A stretch of DNA of 64,000 nucleotides from Candidatus Omnitrophota bacterium (lineage in GTDB: Bacteria; Omnitrophota; Gorgyraeia; Gygaellales; Gygaellaceae): positions 6,815 to 70,814 of the forward strand of contig JAGYNB010000001.1 of the NCBI GenBank assembly GCA_018400015.1. The letters are read 5' to 3'. A program made the position numbers and the translations under genes. Every line of letters starts with the position of its first letter. The first letter of the stretch is position 1. Below the pieces are notes generated by a model. It had not been told where the DNA came from. It did not search any database and saw nothing but the letters and a program-made list of their open reading frames with translations. Positions 1 through 8,963 of this stretch are shown here, in pieces.

Positions 1-1
1 T

Positions 2-1702
2 GAGCAGCAAAAACAGAGCAAGGAAGCAATCGTTGTCACAGAAATTCCTTACCAGGTAAACAAGACCAACATAATTGAAAACATTGCCCACTTAATAACC
101 AGTAAAAAAATTGATGGCATAAGCGACTTAAGAGATGAATCCGACAAAGACGGAATTAGAATAGTTATCGAGTTAAAAAGGGATGCCGATTCACAGATTG
201 TGCTCAACGGACTTTTTAAAAATACCCAATTGGAAGTTACTTATGGCATTATCAATTTGGCTCTTGTGGGCGGTCGACCAAAAGTGCTAAGCCTCAAAGA
301 GCTTATTGAACAGTATGTTTTGCACAGAAAACAAGTTATCAAAAGAAGAACTAAATTTGAATTAGATAAAGCCGAGCGCAGAGCGCACATACTAGAAGGT
401 TTAAAAATTGCCTTAAATAATATTGATGCGATAATCAAAACGATTAAAAGCAGCAAAAGTACGCCCGATGCGAAAAACAGTCTGATTAAGAAATTTGATT
501 TAAGCGAAATCCAGGCGCAGGCAATATTAGAGATGCAGCTTCAGCGTCTTACTGCTTTAGAGCGCAGTAAAATTGATACCGAATACGCAGAGTTATTGAA
601 AAGAATCGAAATGTTAAAATCCATTCTTGCTTCGGAAAAGAAAGTAGAGCAGATCATAAAAGATGAGCTAGGCGAGTTGAAGAAAAAATTTGCTGACGAG
701 CGCAGGACTGAAATTGTTGGGGAGGTGCAGGACATCGACATTGAGGATTTGATCGCAGAAGAAGACATGGTTATTACAATATCCCATACCGGTTATATAA
801 AAAGACTCGCTATAAGTTCTTATCGAAAGCAAAGAAGAGGCGGTAGGGGTGTTACAGGAATGGGGACAAAAGAAGATGATTTTGTAGAGCGGTTATTTAT
901 TGCTTCGACTAAGGATTATCTGCTTGTGTTTACTACCGCAGGCAAAATATTTTGGCTTAAAGTTTATGAGATTCCCGAAGTATCGCGAGCAGCAAAAGGT
1001 AAGGCAATAGTAAATTTATTGCAACTTTCTTCGGGCGAGGGAATTAGCTCCGTAGTGGCAGTGAAGGAGTTTAGCGACGATAAGTTTTTAGTGATGTGTA
1101 CAAAAAACGGGCTCATAAAAAAAACAATACTTTCCAGCTTCAGCAATCCCAGAAAAGCCGGAATTACCGCAATCGGTTTAGAGAAAGATGATTATTTGGT
1201 CGCCGCTGATTTAACCGACGGTAAAAACGATATTCTTGTGGCAACAAGAGAGGGCAAATCCTTGCGGTTTCCTGAGAAGTTAGTGCGCGATATGGGTAGG
1301 CAGGCAAAAGGGGTGAAGGCAATAAATCTGGCAAAAAAAGATTATGTTGTGGGCATGGAAAAGGTCTGGCCGGGTATGGAAAAAACCAATCTTTCACTTT
1401 TGACAGTTACGGCTTTAGGCTTTGCCAAAAGAACAGACTTTACAGAATACAGAACTCAGGCGCGCGCGGGGAAGGGAATTATAAATATTAAGGTTACTGC
1501 CAAAAACGGAGAAGTGTCCAGCATAAAATCTGTTGCTGAAGAAGATGAAATCATGGCTGTTACCTATAAAGGTATGACCGTAAGATGCGCTGTAAAAGAT
1601 ATTCGTAAAACCGGTCGCTCAACACAAGGCGTAAAGCTGGTAAATTTAGAAAAAAGCGATAAGGTTGCCGGTGTTGCAAAGATAGCCGGGAAAGATGAAT
1701 AA
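2..1702 (+). CDS. gyrA: DNA gyrase subunit A, C-terminal part (5'-truncated by the window edge)
   Basis: The frame is open from nt 2 (EQQKQSKEAIVVTEIPYQVNKT...). It continues into the GyrA coiled-coil/tower region and the C-terminal beta-pinwheel repeats (GRGVTGM, GKGIINI motifs). Confidence 0.9.
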   Translation, partial: EQQKQSKEAIVVTEIPYQVNKTNIIENIAHLITSKKIDGISDLRDESDKDGIRIVIELKRDADSQIVLNGLFKNTQLEVTYGIINLALVGGRPKVLSLKELIEQYVLHRKQVIKRRTKFELDKAERRAHILEGLKIALNNIDAIIKTIKSSKSTPDAKNSLIKKFDLSEIQAQAILEMQLQRLTALERSKIDTEYAELLKRIEMLKSILASEKKVEQIIKDELGELKKKFADERRTEIVGEVQDIDIEDLIAEEDMVITISHTGYIKRLAISSYRKQRRGGRGVTGMGTKEDDFVERLFIASTKDYLLVFTTAGKIFWLKVYEIPEVSRAAKGKAIVNLLQLSSGEGISSVVAVKEFSDDKFLVMCTKNGLIKKTILSSFSNPRKAGITAIGLEKDDYLVAADLTDGKNDILVATREGKSLRFPEKLVRDMGRQAKGVKAINLAKKDYVVGMEKVWPGMEKTNLSLLTVTALGFAKRTDFTEYRTQARAGKGIINIKVTAKNGEVSSIKSVAEEDEIMAVTYKGMTVRCAVKDIRKTGRSTQGVKLVNLEKSDKVAGVAKIAGKDE

Positions 1703-1762
1703 AAAGAATTTGATATTTTTCTGTTTTATGGTATATTTACAAAACTAAAACTTTTAAGTTTT

Positions 1763-1837
1763 GACCCCATCGTCTAGCCTGGTCTAGGACAAGAGCTTTT
1801 CAAGCTCTCGACGCGGGTTCAAATCCCGCTGGGGTCA
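1763..1837 (+). tRNA. tRNA-Glu (anticodon UUC)
   Basis: 75-nt cloverleaf. Acceptor stem GACCCCA/TGGGGTC. Anticodon stem AGAGC/GCTCT with loop TTTTCAA. T-arm GGGTTCAAATCCC. Confidence 0.85.
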
Positions 1838-1944
1838 CTTTTATTAAGGTGATTTTTGTTTTTCGCGTTTCCTCCCGATAATCTTTATTTGTTGATTTAT
1901 TCTCCCAAGTATGATAATTTAGCAAAAAAGAAAGCAGATTTTCA

Positions 1945-2979
1945 ATGTTCTCGCCAAAACCAGAATTAAAAATCATATTTTTAGAAACTACCACAGCATG
2001 TAATCTTAATTGTGTTCATTGTAGGCGTAAAGTTTCTCATTTTGAACGCCAAAACGGCGAGCTTATTTTTAAGCAAATCACGGATTTAATAGATGAGGTT
2101 GTTGATTTTGCTAAGCCGTTTATTGTTTTAAGCGGCGGAGAACCGCTTTTAAGAAATGACATTTTTGAGATAGCACGCTATATTAAAAGTAAAAATTTAA
2201 AAGTCGGTCTTGCTACCAATGCGGTTTTGATAGACGAGCTGAAGGCGGAAAAAATAAAACAGGCAAAAATTGACATTGTAAGCGTAAGTATCGACAGCAT
2301 TGACGAAAGCGCTCATGATGCATTCCGTAATAGCCGGGGCGCTTTTAAAGCTACCTTAGAAGGCATAAGGTTATTAAAAAAACATAAAATCGCTTTTCAA
2401 ATCAATACAACCGTTACCAAACATAATTACTTGCAGATCGCGCAGATGACCACATTTAGTAAAAACTTGGGTGCATCGGCGCTTCATCTTTTTATCCTTG
2501 TGCCTGTTGGTTGCGGAAAAAAAATTCCTGTTAATGATATGCTCTCAAGCAGAGAATGCGAAGGCTTGTTAAGGCAGGTATTTTTAATGAATAAAAATAA
2601 CGATTTTAATATTCGTCCGACATGCGCCCCGTTTTTTGCAAGAATATCCGACGATAACAGCAAAACAAAGGCGGGCGGTTGTCTTGCCGGTAAAAGTATT
2701 ATTTTTGTTTCTTCAACCGGGGAAGTTTTTCCCTGTGGATATTTTGATCGCCCTGTGGCGAATATTAAAAATATCGGATTAAAAAAGATATGGCAGGAAA
2801 ATAGTTTTCTAAAAAAGCTAAGAGATCCTTTAGAATTAAAAGGGAAATGTTCTATTTGCGAATATAAAATTAGTTGCGGTGGGTGCCGGGCAAGAGCGTT
2901 TGCTCAGACTGGGGATTATTTTGCCCAAGACCCGGTTTGTAATTATGCGCCTGCTAAGTTGAGTGAAATAAAAAAATGA
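1945..2979 (+). CDS. Radical SAM enzyme with C-terminal SPASM domain (AhbD/NirJ/PqqE/anSME-like)
   Basis: CNLNCVHC (CxxxCxxC) near the N-terminus. C-terminal seven-Cys tail: ...CSICEYKISCGGCRARAFAQTGDYFAQDPVC. Its stop overlaps the next start (ATGA). Confidence 0.85.
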   Translation: MFSPKPELKIIFLETTTACNLNCVHCRRKVSHFERQNGELIFKQITDLIDEVVDFAKPFIVLSGGEPLLRNDIFEIARYIKSKNLKVGLATNAVLIDELKAEKIKQAKIDIVSVSIDSIDESAHDAFRNSRGAFKATLEGIRLLKKHKIAFQINTTVTKHNYLQIAQMTTFSKNLGASALHLFILVPVGCGKKIPVNDMLSSRECEGLLRQVFLMNKNNDFNIRPTCAPFFARISDDNSKTKAGGCLAGKSIIFVSSTGEVFPCGYFDRPVANIKNIGLKKIWQENSFLKKLRDPLELKGKCSICEYKISCGGCRARAFAQTGDYFAQDPVCNYAPAKLSEIKK

Positions 2980-3767
2980 GAGAAATTGCAATTTACGGTA
3001 AAGGCGGAATCGGCAAAAGTTTTATTGCCAGCCACATATCTTATTGTCTTGCCGAAAAAGGTTTTAATGTTTTGCAAATTGGTTGTGACCCAAAACAGGA
3101 TAGCTGTGCGTTATTGCTCGATCGCAAAAGGATTCTTTCGGTTTTGGATTGGTTGAAAGAACGCGATTTTAATAAAGAAGATATAAATACGGAAGAGTTT
3201 ATTTTTGCTGTCAGCAAAAATAAAATCACCAACGGCAAAGTTTATTGTATAGAATCCGGAGGTCCTGAACCAGGCGTGGGTTGTGCAGGTAAAGGTATCG
3301 CCGAGGCTGTAGAGCTTATTAAGCAAAGCGGCCTGCAGCAGAGAAAAAAAATAGATTTTACTATCTACGATGTTTTAGGCGACGTAGTCTGCGGTGGTTT
3401 TTCGCTGCCGATAAGAGAGGGCTTTGCCAAGGAGATTTATATTGTTACTAGTTCCGAGCCAGAGTCCATTTATGCCGCTGTTAATATTTCTAAAGCGATA
3501 ATTAAATTTTCTCAAAGATCCGGAGCGAAGCTTGCAGGGATAATCGGCAACTCTAGAAACGGCCGTACAAATGAAGACCGGCTTAATAATTTCGTGCACA
3601 TATTAGGCTCTAATTTATTGGGCATAGTACCTTTTGAGGATATTTATGAAACCGGGATCAGCAAGGATACAGCTGTTTATAGCAATATAAGAACATTAAC
3701 GGAAAAAATAATTGCGCAACCTAATTGTACAATCCCTAAAAATATTGACTCAGAACAAATTTATTAA
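2976..3767 (+). CDS. Nitrogenase iron-protein-like ATPase/reductase (NifH/BchL/CfbC family)
   Basis: P-loop YGKGGIGKS. Both cluster-Cys motifs are present: CIESGGPEPGVGCAGKGI and DVLGDVVCGGFSLPIREG. 263 aa. Confidence 0.85.
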   Translation: MREIAIYGKGGIGKSFIASHISYCLAEKGFNVLQIGCDPKQDSCALLLDRKRILSVLDWLKERDFNKEDINTEEFIFAVSKNKITNGKVYCIESGGPEPGVGCAGKGIAEAVELIKQSGLQQRKKIDFTIYDVLGDVVCGGFSLPIREGFAKEIYIVTSSEPESIYAAVNISKAIIKFSQRSGAKLAGIIGNSRNGRTNEDRLNNFVHILGSNLLGIVPFEDIYETGISKDTAVYSNIRTLTEKIIAQPNCTIPKNIDSEQIY

Positions 3768-3770
3768 ATT

Positions 3771-5009
3771 TTGAATCAAAAAGCGACAATAAACTTAGAG
3801 CATACATGTTCTACTTTGCAGGCGCTGGCAACGCTTAATAGAATTGATGGCGTAGTTGCGGTATTGCACGCCAACAGAAGTTGTTCGTTTTGCATGCAGA
3901 TTGGTTCTTTTTCCTGTGCCAAAGCCGGTTTTCCCGTGCTTGTCTCGACAGAGATCGAGGCTAAGGATTTAATTTTTGGAGCCGAGAAAAAACTTAAAAA
4001 AACAATATTGGATGTGTTTGAACGGGTTTGCCCTCAAGCCATAGTTGTGTTAAATACCTGCACAGCGCAAATTAATAATGAGGACATAGAAGGATGTTTA
4101 AGCGCGCTAAGAAAGCAAATCCCTTGCGTTTTAAGTTTCTGCAATACAGGATGTAATATTTTGGGTTCACAGAGCGCGGGTAACGATTTTGCGTGGCAGG
4201 CGTTATTAAAACAAATTACACCTACGGATAAGAAAATTAAAGCTATTGGTCTTCTCGGCCGTTCGGGGATGGACACCGGTTCCCTTTCAGGCATAGAAGC
4301 CATTCTTGATAATTCAGGCATTGGTTATTTTTCTTTTCCGCAAAAAACCTTTCAAGAAACACACAAGATTACTTTGGTAAAAGACATTTTTGTTTTAAGC
4401 CCGGTTCCTTATTTTTCGTGCAAGACGTTAAAGGATAGGTTCGGCGTGAATTGTCATTATGGGGAGGTTCCAGCAGGCATAGAGGCGACAACCAAATTCC
4501 TTTTATTGTTGGCGGAGCACACCAAAAGCAAAAAACTTATTGATGTAGTAAAAAAAGAAAAAGCCAAGATTTTGCCAAAAGCAGGGTTATTAAAAAGTAA
4601 GCTTAGGGCAAAAAGACCGAATGTTTTATGCGCCTATGGTCCGGGCAATGAGTTTTCCATCGCCAAGATCCTCGCTGAATTCGGCGCGAACGTTTTTTTA
4701 TTAACCCAGCTGGACAATGAGTTTGCCAAGAAAGAAAAAATGATATTGAACGATAGGTACGGAGTAAACGTTTTAGATGATTCACCTGCGGATATACAGC
4801 AGATTATAGAAGAAAATAAAATCAACGCTGTCTTTACTGAGATTCAGTTTCCCCGAAAGCTGATTTCAAACAGGCCAATTTTTTATAATATGTTTTATTC
4901 TGGAGAATACGGTTATGGTTTTGCAATCAATTTTGTTGAAAACTTTCTTAGGTGTATAAATAATAAGGCCTACTATCAATGGGGGAAAATTAATGAACGC
5001 TATAGATAA
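3771..5009 (+). CDS. Nitrogenase component-1-like subunit (NifD/NifE/BchN-like)
   Basis: 412 aa. The N-terminus carries a cluster of Cys (HTCST, RSCSFCMQ, RVCPQ, NTCTAQ) as in the NifD/BchN fold. It is translationally coupled to the NifH-like gene, with a TTG start 4 nt after the upstream stop. Confidence 0.65.
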   Translation: MNQKATINLEHTCSTLQALATLNRIDGVVAVLHANRSCSFCMQIGSFSCAKAGFPVLVSTEIEAKDLIFGAEKKLKKTILDVFERVCPQAIVVLNTCTAQINNEDIEGCLSALRKQIPCVLSFCNTGCNILGSQSAGNDFAWQALLKQITPTDKKIKAIGLLGRSGMDTGSLSGIEAILDNSGIGYFSFPQKTFQETHKITLVKDIFVLSPVPYFSCKTLKDRFGVNCHYGEVPAGIEATTKFLLLLAEHTKSKKLIDVVKKEKAKILPKAGLLKSKLRAKRPNVLCAYGPGNEFSIAKILAEFGANVFLLTQLDNEFAKKEKMILNDRYGVNVLDDSPADIQQIIEENKINAVFTEIQFPRKLISNRPIFYNMFYSGEYGYGFAINFVENFLRCINNKAYYQWGKINERYR

Positions 5010-6518
5010 ATGAAAGATTTAAGAATAAAAAAAATATATAGGCCTACATTCGTAGAAGGGGTATTTTGGACGCTTGCCGGGATAAAAGATGCGGTTGTTG
5101 TGTTTCATTCTCCCGGAGGTTGTTATGTTTCTCAAATGCAGACTTTATTGAGCCTCGATGAACCTTACGCTGATTTTTACACAAGCAACCTTTCTATGCC
5201 CAGCTTAATTATTTCTGGAGAGGATAGATTAAAAAGCGTTCTTGAGAAAGCAAAAGTAAATTCGAGCGATTGTTTGTTCGTTATCGATTCAGTGCCCGCT
5301 AGCATGATCAAGGAGGATTTAGACGGGGTTGTCGAATGTTTTGGGTTTAAGAATGCCGTTGTATTGAATGTCGATTCGGATAAAACCTTGAATGAAGGCA
5401 GAGATTATGCTTTGCTTAGACTTCTGCCCATGATGCAAAAGGGTTTAGAAAAAAAAGACAAAACTGTTAATATTATCGGCCCCACATGCTGTATGTATAA
5501 TTGGCGTTCAGATGTAGCTGAAATAAAGCGCGTTCTTAATGATATCGGGGTCAGCGTAAATACAGTTTTGTGCGCAGGCTGTACGCTCGAACAGATAAAA
5601 AAAGCGCCCCAGGCCCGTCTTAATCTTTGTGTATACCCGCATGATTGCGGATTGAGTCTTGCAAAGAAGATGGAGAGCAGTTTTAATATTCCGTACTTTA
5701 AAGATGTTGTTCCTATTGGTTTTGAGCAAACCGCAAACTGGCTGGAGCAGGTGGCCCAATTTTTTTCTTTGGATCCCAATGATTATTTGAAAAAACAGAT
5801 GAAAGAAGCAATGAGGTTCATGGATTCTAATTTTATTTTTTCTGTTAGTCATGATTCAAAAGCAGCATTAAGCGTGCAAAATCATAATACTTACGCTTTA
5901 GGGATAAGCCGGTTTTTGCAAAATGAATTAGGCACGGAGGTTTCCGCAGTAATAACTACCGATAAGAATATTCATAGCAAGTTAAGAAATGATGTTGGGC
6001 GCGTATTATTTTCTCCCGATATCAATCAGATAAGAAGTTTATTTATAGAAGTCTGTCCTACAGTCGTATTAGGCAGTTTTTACGAATTTGCCATCACTAA
6101 AGAAGTTGGGATAAAGAATTTTCTTTATTGCGATATACCTATGCCGAAAAATATCATTACACAAAGTTCTCCCTATATGGGGTTTAGGGGAGCGGTAAAT
6201 TTAATCCAACAGATAGCCACTCAGACGATTTCCAGCCTGTTTATAGATGCCAAAAGCGATACGGATGTTGAGCTTGGCAAGTCTGTTGTGAAATGGGAAC
6301 CTTTTGCTATTTCTGCGTTGGGCGAGATTGCAGAAATGATCCCTTATTTTGTAAGGACCGTGGCAATTAAAAAAATAAAACTGGAAGCAGAACAGTTGGC
6401 AAAAAAGCTGGCAACTCCAGTAGATACAGATATTTTAAGGCGCTCTCTAGAAAAAAACAGCCATTTTAGAAACAATCAAAAAGTCGATATGATATTTAAA
6501 AAGCAGAACCAGGCATGA
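5010..6518 (+). CDS. Nitrogenase component-1-like subunit (NifK/NifN/BchB-like)
   Basis: 502 aa. HSPGGC motif and the overall NifK/BchB-like pattern. Its start abuts the upstream stop, and its stop overlaps the next gene. Confidence 0.65.
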   Translation: MKDLRIKKIYRPTFVEGVFWTLAGIKDAVVVFHSPGGCYVSQMQTLLSLDEPYADFYTSNLSMPSLIISGEDRLKSVLEKAKVNSSDCLFVIDSVPASMIKEDLDGVVECFGFKNAVVLNVDSDKTLNEGRDYALLRLLPMMQKGLEKKDKTVNIIGPTCCMYNWRSDVAEIKRVLNDIGVSVNTVLCAGCTLEQIKKAPQARLNLCVYPHDCGLSLAKKMESSFNIPYFKDVVPIGFEQTANWLEQVAQFFSLDPNDYLKKQMKEAMRFMDSNFIFSVSHDSKAALSVQNHNTYALGISRFLQNELGTEVSAVITTDKNIHSKLRNDVGRVLFSPDINQIRSLFIEVCPTVVLGSFYEFAITKEVGIKNFLYCDIPMPKNIITQSSPYMGFRGAVNLIQQIATQTISSLFIDAKSDTDVELGKSVVKWEPFAISALGEIAEMIPYFVRTVAIKKIKLEAEQLAKKLATPVDTDILRRSLEKNSHFRNNQKVDMIFKKQNQA

Positions 6519-7627
6519 AACAAAATTTTTTAAATAGGGTTCACTTTAAGGTTATTCTGTTTATGGTAAAAAGAGCCATAGGGATAAAAAAGGGCCCAGT
6601 TAAAGTTGGTTTACAGATAACAAAAAGGTGTAATCTTAATTGTGTCCAATGTTCTGTAAAAGATACGGATGATTCTTTTGATGAACTTGACATCCAAGAA
6701 ATCGAAAAAGTTTTATTGAGTCTTAATAAGCTTGGTTGCGGGTTTTTGGTTTTGACTGGAGGAGAGCCTTTGTTAAGAGGCGATATTTGTCAGATAGTCG
6801 AGCTAACTTCCAAGTTTGGTTATACGACCGCACTGGCTACCAACGGGACAATTTTAACAAAAGAAATTGCCGAAAAGCTTAAGTTTGCCGGATTAAGCCT
6901 TTTTCACCTTTCATTAGACGCAGCCACTGCTGATAAACACGATGCCTTTCGCGGCGAAGGATCATTTAAAAAAACGCTTCAAGGTATTAGAATTGCAGTT
7001 GCAACAGGGTTGCCCGTGTGTGTCACAACTACAATAACAAGACAGAACAAAAACGAATTAGAGGAAATAGTAAAGCTTTTAGAAAAAGAAAAGGTACAGC
7101 AATGGTCGCCGATTTTTCTTGTTCCCTGCGGCCAGGCTGAAAAGATATATCACTCGCAAGCGGTAAAAGAAACAAATGAAATCCTGGCCTTATTTGATAA
7201 GTTGTATATAATAGAAAATAAGTTTAATAAAAGAATCAAAATATATATACACGATCCGCACACATATTTTGCTTATCTTTTGTTTAATAAAAAAGCAAGC
7301 TTTATGAGAAGAGTATTTTTTCATATAAGAAAAGGCTGCGGTATCTTAAACAGGTTTACGCTTTATATAAATAGCGACGGCACAATTAAGCCTTGCGCGT
7401 ATTATCCCGAGAGTCTCAAAGAGGTTAATGTAAAAACACACGATTTAAAAGATGTGTTTATAACAAATGGCGAGTTGGCAATGTTAAGAAATAAGCGTGC
7501 CTTAAAAGGTCAATGCAGGGAGTGTAGGTTTCTTTTTTGTTGCGGTGGGTGCCGAGCGAAAGCGCTTATTATAGGCGGAGACCATTTCGTCGAGGAAAAA
7601 AGCTGCCCCTTTTTTTTAAAAAGATGA
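6515..7627 (+). CDS. Radical SAM enzyme with SPASM domain (paralog 2)
   Basis: CNLNCVQCSVK motif. C-terminal ...CRECRFLFCCGGCRAKALIIGGDHFVEEKSCPFF. Confidence 0.85.
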   Translation: MKQNFLNRVHFKVILFMVKRAIGIKKGPVKVGLQITKRCNLNCVQCSVKDTDDSFDELDIQEIEKVLLSLNKLGCGFLVLTGGEPLLRGDICQIVELTSKFGYTTALATNGTILTKEIAEKLKFAGLSLFHLSLDAATADKHDAFRGEGSFKKTLQGIRIAVATGLPVCVTTTITRQNKNELEEIVKLLEKEKVQQWSPIFLVPCGQAEKIYHSQAVKETNEILALFDKLYIIENKFNKRIKIYIHDPHTYFAYLLFNKKASFMRRVFFHIRKGCGILNRFTLYINSDGTIKPCAYYPESLKEVNVKTHDLKDVFITNGELAMLRNKRALKGQCRECRFLFCCGGCRAKALIIGGDHFVEEKSCPFFLKR

Positions 7628-7893
7628 AAGAACAGAAAAAACTATTTTTTCAAAAAATTGCCACCTTGATTTTAATTTTTACTAGTTATGCTTTTAATTA
7701 TTATTGGGTTTTTAACAATCTTTATTGGGTGGGCATTTTGTTTGTTTTGATAGGTTTGTATTTATTTTTTAAGCTTGTCAAAGCAAAAATCATGGCAGAG
7801 ATAGTTTTTTGGTCTTTTTGTCTTGCCACAGTTACGATATTTATCATAAAGGCGATTTATTTTTGGTTTGGAATACACATAAGAACATGTTAA
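7624..7893 (+). CDS. Small hydrophobic membrane protein (2-3 predicted TM helices)
   Basis: Internal ATG of the 7537 ORF, placed right at the rSAM stop. The product is almost entirely hydrophobic (ILIFTSYAFNYYWVF..., LFVLIGLYLFF...). Confidence 0.35.
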   Translation: MKEQKKLFFQKIATLILIFTSYAFNYYWVFNNLYWVGILFVLIGLYLFFKLVKAKIMAEIVFWSFCLATVTIFIIKAIYFWFGIHIRTC

Positions 7894-8132
7894 AAAAAAT
7901 TAAATCCGCATTGTTAAAGACAGGATTGGTTGTTGCTATTTTATTTTGGCATGACTTTTGTCATATTTGGGTTGGGAAAAGGCTTTATTTTATGATTCCC
8001 ATTGTTATAATCATTTCTTTTTATTCAATCATAAAAGCTTTTATGGAAAAGAATATTTACCGTTCGGGAGTTTGGCTGTGGGTATTTTTTTATGCTTCAG
8101 TTAATTTTATTGTTATGGCAATTTACCATTAG
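7887..8132 (+). CDS. Small hydrophobic membrane protein, paralog of the preceding one
   Basis: Similar hydrophobic pattern and similar C-terminus (..NFIVMAIYH versus ..IFIIKAIYFW). The start overlaps the previous ORF's end. Confidence 0.35.
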   Translation: MLKKIKSALLKTGLVVAILFWHDFCHIWVGKRLYFMIPIVIIISFYSIIKAFMEKNIYRSGVWLWVFFYASVNFIVMAIYH

Positions 8133-8135
8133 TTT

Positions 8136-8963
8136 ATGAAAATAGACGCGCTAGAGAAAACGCATTTTAATTATTTTCATTTCCATAAATGGAGCTTTGT
8201 TTTAAGGCAAAACAAGCATTTGTCTTTCTATAAACCATACTGGAAGAATATGGTTGTTAAAATGCACATAGCGCAGGAATTGTTTTTAAAGCACCTAGGT
8301 AGCTTAAAAAAAGAAATATCGATCGATAGTAAAGACACTGAAAAGTTAAATAACTTTTTTATATTCGACGCGGAGAAAATATTGGGTGATGCTAGATTAA
8401 CAGATACACAAAAGCAATGCCTTGATTACAGGATATCCGAACACAGAGAAATAGTCAAAACAGCGTATTTATTGCGCGAAATTTCCGGTCGTTTGGGGAT
8501 TAAGGCGTTGAAAGAAGCCGCCGGTTCTATAAAAAAAGATTTTGCATTGCGTCTTCAGAAAGTCACAGCAGAAAGCATTGATCGCAGAAAGAAAAAGAAA
8601 CTAAGTTTTCGTTATATGTTGGGGGATCACTTTATTACAATAGAAAAAACGCATTCTGCTTGCAGGCTTGTTTTTTTAAATTGCCCCATTTACGGAGTTT
8701 TCCATTATTTAGGATTTATGGCTGAAGGAGAGATTTTTTGTCAGCTGTGCGAAGCTCATGGAGAAATTATGACCAAAAGCAATATTCCAATAAGACATAA
8801 GTTTTCTTTATCGCACAGTCTATGTGCAGGAAGCAAAAGATGTGAATTCTCGATGAATGTTATTAACCCCGCCGTCAATTTATTATTAAAGTGCGTTCCT
8901 GATAAAACAATAAATTTTCTTTTGGGTTTGAGCGAGCCAAAACATATTAAGAATGAGTTTTAA
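8136..8963 (+). CDS. Hypothetical protein with a C-terminal Cys/His-rich region
   Basis: 275-aa ORF in operon context. The C-terminal region is CRLVFLNCPIYGV...CQLCEAHGE...CAGSKRCEF. I recognise no family with confidence. Confidence 0.45.
   Translation: MKIDALEKTHFNYFHFHKWSFVLRQNKHLSFYKPYWKNMVVKMHIAQELFLKHLGSLKKEISIDSKDTEKLNNFFIFDAEKILGDARLTDTQKQCLDYRISEHREIVKTAYLLREISGRLGIKALKEAAGSIKKDFALRLQKVTAESIDRRKKKKLSFRYMLGDHFITIEKTHSACRLVFLNCPIYGVFHYLGFMAEGEIFCQLCEAHGEIMTKSNIPIRHKFSLSHSLCAGSKRCEFSMNVINPAVNLLLKCVPDKTINFLLGLSEPKHIKNEF

Noticed and set aside
1763-1837. tRNA-Glu (the C5-pathway tetrapyrrole precursor carrier) sitting directly upstream of the putative tetrapyrrole-modifying operon
   Set aside because: This is a single-copy housekeeping tRNA gene next to gyrA. 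Functional linkage would be over-interpretation.
1800-1994. Minus-strand 64-aa ORF overlapping tRNA-Glu and the rSAM start
   Set aside because: It overlaps a confidently folded tRNA and the start of a real + strand gene. It is an antisense artefact.
7537-7623. Long 5' extension of the small membrane ORF overlapping the end of rSAM-2
   Set aside because: The extension lies inside the rSAM coding frame. The start was trimmed to the ATG at 7624.
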